Origin: Candidatus Eiseniibacteriota bacterium
Lineage (GTDB): Bacteria; ARS69
Length of the DNA stretch: 64,000 nucleotides
Assembly: GCA_052390515.1 (NCBI GenBank)
Contig: JBQTGV010000072.1
Span: forward strand, 7,172 to 71,171
Direction: 5' to 3'
In this document: one piece after another, positions 17,607-25,157 of the stretch
Layout: each line of letters begins with the position of its first letter
Position numbering within the stretch: position 1 is the first letter of the stretch
Notes under the pieces: model-generated
Databases searched by the model: none
The model's input: the letters and a program-made list of their open reading frames with translations, nothing else
What the model was told of the DNA's origin: nothing
Position numbers and translations under genes: made by a program

Positions 17607-19163
17607 ATGCGAGTCCTGCTCTGCTACCCGTCCCTGCTTCCCGGACAGAAGTCGAAGTACGGGCTGCAGCCTCTCGGAGTGCTGTACATCGCCGCCTTGC
17701 TGCGCCAGCACGGAACCGACGTGCGCGTCCTCGACGCGGACATCGACGGGCTGACCGTCGACGAGATCGTCGACGACATCCTCGGCTGGGAGCCGGATCT
17801 CGTGGGCTTCAGCATGATGACCCCGCAGCTGATCACCGGCCTGGAAGCCTCCGCGCGTCTCAAGCAGGCCCGGCCGGACCTGCGGATCGTGCTGGGCGGT
17901 GCACACCTGGATTCGACTCACGCCGACGTCTTCTCCATGGACGACTGCTTCGACTTCGCGATCTACGGCGAGGGCGAGTTCCCCCTGCTCGAGGTCGTGC
18001 AGAACATGGAGAAGCACGGCACGGCCGACCTCCGCGAGTCGCTGGAGGGAGTCGGTAACGTCATCTGGCGGAACGACGCCGGCGAAGTGGTGGAGAACCC
18101 CTCGCGGCCGTTCCTCACCGACCTCGACGTCCTGCCGCCGGTGGACTACGAGATGGTGGACGTCTCCAAGTACAGCATTCCCACGATGGCCGGAGACTAC
18201 GTGATCTCGATGATGCTCTCGCGGGGGTGCCCCTTCCGGTGCACGTTCTGCGATGCTCCGCAGGTCATGGGAAAGAAGTTCCGCTATTTCTCGATGGACC
18301 GCATCATGCGGGACATCCGGTACTACTCGGAGAAGTACGACTGCAAGAACTTCGTCTTCAAGGACAGCACGTTCACGCCCAACAAGAAGTGGGCGGCGGA
18401 GCTGTGCGACCGGCTGATCGAGTCGGGCCTCGACATCAAGTGGCGGTGCAACACGAGGGTTCACCTCGTGCCTCAACCGCTGCTGGAGAAGATGAAGCAG
18501 GCCGGCTGCTACGTGATCAACTTCGGCGTGGAGTCCGGAGATCCGCAGATCCTCAAGAACATCAAGAAGGAAGTGAAGATCGAGGACATCTACGACGCGC
18601 ACAAGCGGTCCCGGAAACTCGGCATCCGCACGTACGCGACGTTCCTGATGGGCAACCCCGGCGAGACCGACGAGACGGCCCAGAGGACGATCGACGTGGC
18701 CTGCGGTATCCGGCCCAACCTGGCGATGTTCTTCGTCTCCACCGCCTATCCGGGAACGCCCATGTACGAGGATGCGGTGCGGGACGGGATGGTGCAGCCG
18801 CGCTGGTGGGCGACGCCGTACTGGGAGTCGAAGAAGAGCTCGGCCTTCGAGCTCCGTTGGGGCTGGACGGCGAAGGGCGCGCTCAAGATCCCCGGCTTCG
18901 ATTCGGAGAAGTGGCAGAAGAAGGCGACGCGAGCCTTCTATCTTCGCCCGTACTTCATCTGGGACACGATCACGTTCACGCTCCGCAACCCGTACTTCCT
19001 GCGCCACCTCGTGAATCTGGGGTCGGAGCTCCTGCCCTTCTACAAGATTCCTTGGCCGTGGAAGAAGTCTCGCGTGAACGAGCTGCACCGGCGTTACTCG
19101 AGATGCCCGTCCGCACCGAACTGGGACTACGAACAGCGGAGCGCCGTCCAGGCCAGCGAGTGA
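17607..19163 (+). CDS. Cobalamin-binding (class B) radical SAM protein
   Basis: N-terminal B12-binding domain (MRVLLCYPSL…DLVGFSMMTPQ…IVLGGAHLD), radical SAM CxxxCxxC (SRGCPFRCTFCDAP). Confidence 0.85.
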   Translation: MRVLLCYPSLLPGQKSKYGLQPLGVLYIAALLRQHGTDVRVLDADIDGLTVDEIVDDILGWEPDLVGFSMMTPQLITGLEASARLKQARPDLRIVLGGAHLDSTHADVFSMDDCFDFAIYGEGEFPLLEVVQNMEKHGTADLRESLEGVGNVIWRNDAGEVVENPSRPFLTDLDVLPPVDYEMVDVSKYSIPTMAGDYVISMMLSRGCPFRCTFCDAPQVMGKKFRYFSMDRIMRDIRYYSEKYDCKNFVFKDSTFTPNKKWAAELCDRLIESGLDIKWRCNTRVHLVPQPLLEKMKQAGCYVINFGVESGDPQILKNIKKEVKIEDIYDAHKRSRKLGIRTYATFLMGNPGETDETAQRTIDVACGIRPNLAMFFVSTAYPGTPMYEDAVRDGMVQPRWWATPYWESKKSSAFELRWGWTAKGALKIPGFDSEKWQKKATRAFYLRPYFIWDTITFTLRNPYFLRHLVNLGSELLPFYKIPWPWKKSRVNELHRRYSRCPSAPNWDYEQRSAVQASE

Positions 19164-19185
19164 CGGGTCCGCCGGGCGAACACGC

Positions 19186-20859
19186 ATGAACGTCGTCGTC
19201 GCGCTCGGAGCCGCCGGTGCGCTCCTCGTCGTCGCGGCCATCGCCCTACCCTCCTCCGCGCTCGTCGCTTGCCTCCGTCCCGAGCTGCCCGGCCCCGACG
19301 CGCCGCTGCTGCAGGGGGCCGCGCTCTTCCGCGCCGGGCTCGCCGTGCTGGGCCTCGTCCTGGCCGGAGGCGCGCTGCTGGGCAGGCGCCCCGCCCGGGC
19401 GGTCGTCGCACCGGCAGCGGCCCGCCCCTTCGGAAGGCGGGAAGCCGCGCTGCTCGCCCTCCTGCTTCTCACCGCCACCGCGCTCCGCCTCTACGGACTC
19501 GGAGCGGGACTCTGGTACGACGAGATCCTGACCTTCTCGAAGTTCGCGCGCATGCCCTACGGCGAGATCGTCTCCACCTACGACTCGCAGAACAACCACT
19601 TTGTCTACTCGCTCGCCGCGCACGCCTCCTTCTCGCTCCTCGGCGAGAGCGCGTCGTCGGTACGACTGCCGGCGGTGCTCTTTGGCGTCGGGAGCATCGC
19701 CGCGCTGTGGTTGCTCGCCCGCCGCCTCACCGGCCCGCGGGAGTCCTTGCTGGCCTGCGCGCTGCTGACCTTCTCGTATCACCACATCTGGTTCAGCCAG
19801 AACGCGCGCGGCTACTCCGCCCTGCTGCTCTGGACGAACCTGTCGAGCTGGCTGCTGGTCCGCGCTTGCCGCGAGAGGCGCGAAGGGCTCTGGCTGCTCT
19901 ACGGCGTGACCGTCTCGCTCGGGGTCTGGACGCACATGACCATGCTGTTCGTGATCCTCGGACACTTCGTCATCTTCGCCGTCCACGCCTTGCGGAAGCG
20001 ACACGAGCGTCCGTCCCCGTGGATCGGGATGCTGGGCTTCGTGTTCAGCGGACTCCTCGTCTTCCAGCTGCACGCGCTCGTGCTGCCGCAGCTCTTCGGG
20101 GGAACGCTGTGGCAGGGCGTGCAGAGCACCGTCGGCGACTGGAAGAATCCGGTCTGGACCGTGCTCGAGATGCTGCGGGGCCTCGCCGGGGCGAACCTCG
20201 GCGGCATCGTGGCCCTCACCGGCTTCCTCGTCCTGGGCGTGGGCGTCTCGAGCTACGCGCGCGAGGAGCCGGTCGTCGTGCAGCTGCTGTTCCTGCCGGC
20301 CGCCCTCGGCGGCCTGCTCACCATGGCTCTCGGGCACCCGCTCTGGCCGCGGTTCTTCTTCTTCGCCGCGGGGTTCGCCGTGCTCGTCGTCGTCCGTGCC
20401 ACGACCGTGCTGGGGCGATGGGCTGCGCGGCTCCTCCGCCGAACCCCCCGCACCGGTGAGATCCTCGGAACCGCGTTCGCCATCCTCGGCATCCTGCTCA
20501 TGCTCCCTTCGCTCCGCCATGTGTACGCGCCGAAGCAGGACTTCGGCGGCGCGTTCGCGTACGTGCGGGAGCATCAGCAGCCGGGCGATGTCGTCGTGAC
20601 GGTGGGCATCGCCACCGACGCGTTCCGGAAGCTCCACGGCGTCGACTGGCCCGCGGTGGAGAGTCCGGCCGCGCTGGACGCCGTCCGGGCGAGCGCGCGC
20701 CGGACCTGGATGGTCTACACGCTTCCCCTGCACGTCGAATCGGTGTATCCGGAGCTCATGGCGAAGGTGCGGGAGGATTTCGCGGTCGAGACGAAGTTCT
20801 GGGGCACGCTCGGGGGCGGCACGATCTTCGTCTGCCGGGCCGACGGGGGCGCCGCGTGA
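19186..20859 (+). CDS. GT-C fold membrane glycosyltransferase (GT39/GT83, ArnT/PMT-like)
   Basis: 557 aa, polytopic. Conserved DE loop motif near the N-terminus (LYGLGAGLWYDEILTFSKF). Confidence 0.75.
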   Translation: MNVVVALGAAGALLVVAAIALPSSALVACLRPELPGPDAPLLQGAALFRAGLAVLGLVLAGGALLGRRPARAVVAPAAARPFGRREAALLALLLLTATALRLYGLGAGLWYDEILTFSKFARMPYGEIVSTYDSQNNHFVYSLAAHASFSLLGESASSVRLPAVLFGVGSIAALWLLARRLTGPRESLLACALLTFSYHHIWFSQNARGYSALLLWTNLSSWLLVRACRERREGLWLLYGVTVSLGVWTHMTMLFVILGHFVIFAVHALRKRHERPSPWIGMLGFVFSGLLVFQLHALVLPQLFGGTLWQGVQSTVGDWKNPVWTVLEMLRGLAGANLGGIVALTGFLVLGVGVSSYAREEPVVVQLLFLPAALGGLLTMALGHPLWPRFFFFAAGFAVLVVVRATTVLGRWAARLLRRTPRTGEILGTAFAILGILLMLPSLRHVYAPKQDFGGAFAYVREHQQPGDVVVTVGIATDAFRKLHGVDWPAVESPAALDAVRASARRTWMVYTLPLHVESVYPELMAKVREDFAVETKFWGTLGGGTIFVCRADGGAA

Positions 20860-21413
20860 CGCTGCTGCGGGTCTTCTTGTTCGTCGGACTGCTGGTACGG
20901 CGCCTCAATCTGGAGGCGATGAAGCGCGCGCAGGCGCGCCCCGAGACGCGTGCTCCGCAGGTCACGCTCGTCAAGGTGATCAAGGGCGGCGTGCAGCTCT
21001 TCCTCGCCGCGCAGGCGCTCTTCCTGGACGTGTGGCCGATAGCCGATGCGCCGGTCTCCCTCCGCGCGGGCGGCGTCGTGCTCTTCGCCCTCGGCCTCGC
21101 GACGACGATCGCGAGCCGCCGCCGCCTCGGCAGGAACTGGGTGGACCTGGAGGAGGCGCAGATCCTCCGCGAGCACGAGCTGGTGACGGACGGCCTCTAC
21201 CGGTACATTCGGCACCCGATCTACACCGCGGACCTTCTGCTCTTCGCCGGGATGCAGGTCGCGCTGGCGTCCTGGCTCGTCGTCGCGGTGCTGCCGCTCG
21301 TCGTCATCCTGGTGCGCCAGAGCACGCGGGAGGAGGAGCAGCTCGTACAGGCGTTTCCGGGGTACGTCGAGTACCGCCTGCGGACGAAGCGGTTCATTCC
21401 GTTCGTCATCTAG
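20856..21413 (+). CDS. ICMT / phospholipid-methyltransferase-family membrane methyltransferase
   Basis: GTG start overlapping the upstream stop (GTGA). Carries the ICMT/PEMT C-terminal signature (…DGLYRYIRHPIYTADLLLFAGMQ…EEEQLVQAFPGYVEYRLRTKRFIPFV). Confidence 0.75.
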   Translation: MTLLRVFLFVGLLVRRLNLEAMKRAQARPETRAPQVTLVKVIKGGVQLFLAAQALFLDVWPIADAPVSLRAGGVVLFALGLATTIASRRRLGRNWVDLEEAQILREHELVTDGLYRYIRHPIYTADLLLFAGMQVALASWLVVAVLPLVVILVRQSTREEEQLVQAFPGYVEYRLRTKRFIPFVI

Positions 21414-21525
21414 GACACCCCAAGGGCAGTCGGCCGCCCCTGCCGCGACCGGGGGCAACCCGCTCCGCCGGGCGGCCGTACCTCGCAACGAAGGCCGGCC
21501 GCGCCCGGCCCCTGGAGGAGAATCG

Positions 21526-22860
21526 ATGAAGTCCACGATCGGGTTCGCGGCCGTGCTCACCCTTACCGTCGTGCCCGCTCACCTCGTGCGTGCCGTTCCC
21601 ATCGAGGCGTCCGACCGCCAGGCGGTCGTCGAAGAGCTGGCCAAGGCCCTCTCCGAGATCTACGTCTTCGCCGAAGCCGGCGAGAAGTACGCCGCCGACA
21701 TCCGCACCCGGGCGGCGGCCGGCGAGTACGCATCCATCGAGGACGACGCCGCGCTCGCCGACCGGCTCACCCGCGACCTGCAGGCCGTACACGCCGACAA
21801 GCACCTACGCGTCGTCACCGCGGCGGACCCCCGCGCGGAGCGTTTCCGCCCGCCGCCGCCGCCCGACCCGGGTTCGCCGGCCGTCGATCCGCGCGCCGAG
21901 CGCGTCGCCCGCGAGCGCCGCGCCAACTTCGGCTTCACGCGGCTCGAAGTCCTTCCCGGAAACGTCGGGGTGCTGGAGCTGCGCGGGTTCGTCCCCGCGG
22001 AGATCGCCGGGGAGACCGGCACGGCCGCCATGCGCTTCCTGGCGAACTGCGACGCGATCATCTTCGACCTGCGCAAGAACGGCGGCGGGAGTCCGTCCAT
22101 GATCCAGCTCCTCACCAGCTACCTCGTTCCGGAGCATCCGCAACACATCAACAGCTTCTACATGCGCGAGGGCGACGAGACCATCCAGTTCCACACGCTG
22201 CCCTACGTGCCGGGCACGCGGCTGCCCGACGCGGAGGTCTTCGTGCTCACCAGCTCGATCACGTTCTCGGCGGCGGAGGAGTTCACGTACAACCTGCAGG
22301 CCATGGAGCGCGCCACGGTCGTCGGGGACACGACCGGCGGCGGTGCGCATCCCGTCCGGCCGGCCCCGCTCGGCGCGGGGATGATCGCGGTGATCCCCTT
22401 CGGGCGCGCGGTGAATCCCGTGACCGGAACGAACTGGGAGGGCACGGGCGTGGTGCCGCACATCGCCTGCGAAGCCGACGAGGCGCTGGACGTCGCCTAC
22501 GCCGAGGCGCTGCGGCGGCTCGCCGACCGCGCGCCGGACGAGCTTCGCAAGACCGAGCTCGCCTGGACGCTTGAGGAGGCTGCCGCGCGGCGGAGTCCCG
22601 CGGCTCTCGGGGCGAAGGCGGTGGCGTCGCTCACCGGAACCTACGGCGCGCGCACCGTGAAGTCGGAACGCGGTCGGCTCTGGCTGCAGCCCGAGACAGG
22701 CCCCACGCTCGAGCTGCTGCCCCTCCGCGAAGACGTCTTCACGCTGCTGGACTCTCAGACCCCGACCCGGGTCACGTTCGTCCGGAGCCGGGGTGGAAGG
22801 GCATCCGAGATCGTGATCTCGGGTCCGGCCGGGGAGATCGCCCGCTTCCCGAGGAGCTAG
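21526..22860 (+). CDS. S41-family peptidase (C-terminal processing / tail-specific protease-like), secreted
   Basis: Signal peptide MKSTIGFAAVLTLTVVPAHL; S41 catalytic region (LTSSITFSAAEEF). GGAGGAG Shine-Dalgarno. Confidence 0.8.
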   Translation: MKSTIGFAAVLTLTVVPAHLVRAVPIEASDRQAVVEELAKALSEIYVFAEAGEKYAADIRTRAAAGEYASIEDDAALADRLTRDLQAVHADKHLRVVTAADPRAERFRPPPPPDPGSPAVDPRAERVARERRANFGFTRLEVLPGNVGVLELRGFVPAEIAGETGTAAMRFLANCDAIIFDLRKNGGGSPSMIQLLTSYLVPEHPQHINSFYMREGDETIQFHTLPYVPGTRLPDAEVFVLTSSITFSAAEEFTYNLQAMERATVVGDTTGGGAHPVRPAPLGAGMIAVIPFGRAVNPVTGTNWEGTGVVPHIACEADEALDVAYAEALRRLADRAPDELRKTELAWTLEEAAARRSPAALGAKAVASLTGTYGARTVKSERGRLWLQPETGPTLELLPLREDVFTLLDSQTPTRVTFVRSRGGRASEIVISGPAGEIARFPRS

Positions 22861-22861
22861 T

Positions 22862-22886
22862 CCGCACCCCTTCGGGGCGGTTCCCC
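22862..22886 (+). terminator. Possible intrinsic terminator-like hairpin (UUCG tetraloop) after the S41 peptidase gene
   Basis: CCGC(A)CCCC-TTCG-GGGGCGG followed by TTCCCC. The U-tract is weak. Confidence 0.3.
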
Positions 22887-23004
22887 GGGCCCCGCGGCGA
22901 CCGTCCTCCACCGCCTGCCCGTGGCGGCTTCGACCCCGTGTCCGGTCGGGGCCGCCGTTCGCGTTTCCCTGGGTGACTGACCTCACCGACCCCAGGAGAC
23001 CGCC

Positions 23005-24519
23005 ATGAGACGCGACCGACCCCCGCACGGAATCACAGTCACCGCCGTCGCCGCCCTCGCCCTGGCGCCGGCCGTCGCCACGGCACAGCTCATCGACGAC
23101 TTCGAGGCCGGGCCGTTCAGCTTCGGCTGCGGGTACCCGGGCTGCACGTACGTCCAGAACATCGGAAGTCACGGGATCGAACCGACACGCTCGGTGACTC
23201 TGTGGAGCAACAGCGCCGACGCCCAGGTGACGGCCAACCTGGCCACGACGAGCTTCGACGATGCGGCCGTGTTCGGCTTCTACGCGGGCACCACTTCCTA
23301 CGCGAACGTGTCGTACGACCCGCCGGGCGACGTGGATCTGACGGGAGGCGGGACGTACGAGTACATCGCCATCCGCGCGAGCGCCGTCGCCGGGACGAAG
23401 GTCGACGTCGAGGTCACGCTCGACAACGGGTTCTACGCGGTGGCGACCGCCGACATCGACCCGTCGGGCACCACCTACGTGGGCTGGACGGACTTCGGAG
23501 TCCTGACCGAGCAGGACTTCGAGGCGGTCGACCGCTTCAACTTCACCTTCCGCAACGACACCTGGTTCGGCTGGGTCGACGTGACGGTCTGGGACATCCG
23601 CCTCGGGCGCTGGGAGTTCGGCCTGTGGGACGGCGTAGTGACCGACATCGTATGGTGCCCGACCTGTCCGATCCAGGCGCTCATCTACGACGGGTACACC
23701 AGCGGTCTGTCCGCGGCCTACCACATGGACTTCGGACCCGCGTCGGTCATGGGCATCGATCCCCAGCCCTTCGTCACCATGACGGGCTTCGACTCGGGAG
23801 GTGGCCGCGGCATGAACGGCGCCTCCGCCGGAAGCGCGCTCTACTGGGGCCCTCAGTCCTACGACACCTCGACCTTCGAGTTCCTCGTCGAGTACACCGC
23901 CGGTGCCGGGAACCTGTGGTACCACTCGCCGGATCCGGTCATCGTGCTGAACGACGGTACGTCCTTCGAGCTCCTCACCGTGTTGACGGTCGGTGGTCGC
24001 TACCCCGCTCCGGTCGACAACGTCCTCGAGTCCTTCCGGTTCGACATCGATCCCGCGCAGCCGCTGCTCTTCGAAGACGTGGCGGTGACCCCCCTCACCC
24101 CCGGGCCGGGAGTGGACGGCGCGTGGCGGGTCTCCTTCAAGCTCTCCGCCGACGGCACCGCCGACGTGGCCCTGCCGCTGTTCACCACCATGATGACCGC
24201 CGACTGGGCGCCGGCTGGGACGCCGACGGACGCGCCGCTCGTCGCCGCGCCGACGCCTGCGGCTCTCTCGGCGCAGCCCAGCGTCACCGCCGGTCCAACC
24301 CGGCTCGTGCTCTCCCGGCCCGCGGACGCCCGGGGCGAAGTCTCCGTCCTCGACGTCAGCGGCCGGCTCGTGCGGCGGCTGGGCATCGGAGCGGGTGCGA
24401 GCTCGGTCGACTGGGACGGGCGCGGCGAAGCCGGCCGCCTCCTTCCTCCCGGCGTCTACTTCGCCACGCTACCCGGTGGGATCGGGGAGCGGACGGCGCG
24501 CATCACCGTCGTGCGATGA
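23005..24519 (+). CDS. Secreted hypothetical protein with C-terminal FlgD-Ig-like / CTD sorting-type domain
   Basis: Signal peptide (…VAALALAPAVATAQ). C-terminus …VLDVSGRLVRRLGIGAGASSVDWDGRGEAGRLLPPGVYFATL. Its stop overlaps the sigma-factor start (ATGA). Confidence 0.7.
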   Translation: MRRDRPPHGITVTAVAALALAPAVATAQLIDDFEAGPFSFGCGYPGCTYVQNIGSHGIEPTRSVTLWSNSADAQVTANLATTSFDDAAVFGFYAGTTSYANVSYDPPGDVDLTGGGTYEYIAIRASAVAGTKVDVEVTLDNGFYAVATADIDPSGTTYVGWTDFGVLTEQDFEAVDRFNFTFRNDTWFGWVDVTVWDIRLGRWEFGLWDGVVTDIVWCPTCPIQALIYDGYTSGLSAAYHMDFGPASVMGIDPQPFVTMTGFDSGGGRGMNGASAGSALYWGPQSYDTSTFEFLVEYTAGAGNLWYHSPDPVIVLNDGTSFELLTVLTVGGRYPAPVDNVLESFRFDIDPAQPLLFEDVAVTPLTPGPGVDGAWRVSFKLSADGTADVALPLFTTMMTADWAPAGTPTDAPLVAAPTPAALSAQPSVTAGPTRLVLSRPADARGEVSVLDVSGRLVRRLGIGAGASSVDWDGRGEAGRLLPPGVYFATLPGGIGERTARITVVR

Positions 24520-25157
24520 GATTCCCGGCAGCCTCCGACCGCGTTCTGCTACCCTGGCTCGGGCCGGCGCGGAGGCTGCCCTTGTCGACCACGGAGCAAG
24601 TCCGCGGGCTCCTCGACGGGATGCGGGCGGGGAACGCCGAGGCCCGGGACCGTCTGTTCTCCATCGTGTACCACGACCTCCGTCGCATCGCCCGGAGCCA
24701 CCTCCGCGGCCGGTCCACCGGCACGCTCGGCACGACGGCGATGGTCAACGAAGCCTACTTGCGCCTCGCCGGACCGAACGTCGGCCCCTGGCAGGACCGC
24801 GCGCACTTCTTCGCCGTGGCCTCTCGCGCCATGCGGCAGATCCTCGTCGACCAGGCACGGCGGAAGCTCGCGCAGAAGCGAGGAGGCGGCGCGCCCGTCA
24901 CCAGCTTCGAGTCGCGGGACGCGGGCGAGGAGCCGCGCTTCCTCGAGCTGATCGAGCTGGACGACGCGCTGGGACGTCTCGCCGCGCTCAACGAGCGCCT
25001 GGCGCGCATCGTCGAGCTTCGCTTCTTCGGTGATCTCTCCGAGCAGGAGACGGCCGAAGCGCTCGGCGTCAACGAACGCACCGTGCGCCGCGACTGGCGC
25101 AAGGCGCGCGCGTTCCTGCATCACGTCCTCCGCGAGCCGAAGGCGGGCGGCGAGTGA
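24516..25157 (+). CDS. ECF-type sigma-70 family RNA polymerase sigma factor (kinase-associated subgroup)
   Basis: In-frame tail of ORF 23202..25157. Region 2 and region 4 helices are present (…VYHDLRRIARSHL… …LSEQETAEALGVNERTVRRDWRKARAFL). ATGA overlap on both sides. Confidence 0.8.
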   Translation: MRFPAASDRVLLPWLGPARRLPLSTTEQVRGLLDGMRAGNAEARDRLFSIVYHDLRRIARSHLRGRSTGTLGTTAMVNEAYLRLAGPNVGPWQDRAHFFAVASRAMRQILVDQARRKLAQKRGGGAPVTSFESRDAGEEPRFLELIELDDALGRLAALNERLARIVELRFFGDLSEQETAEALGVNERTVRRDWRKARAFLHHVLREPKAGGE

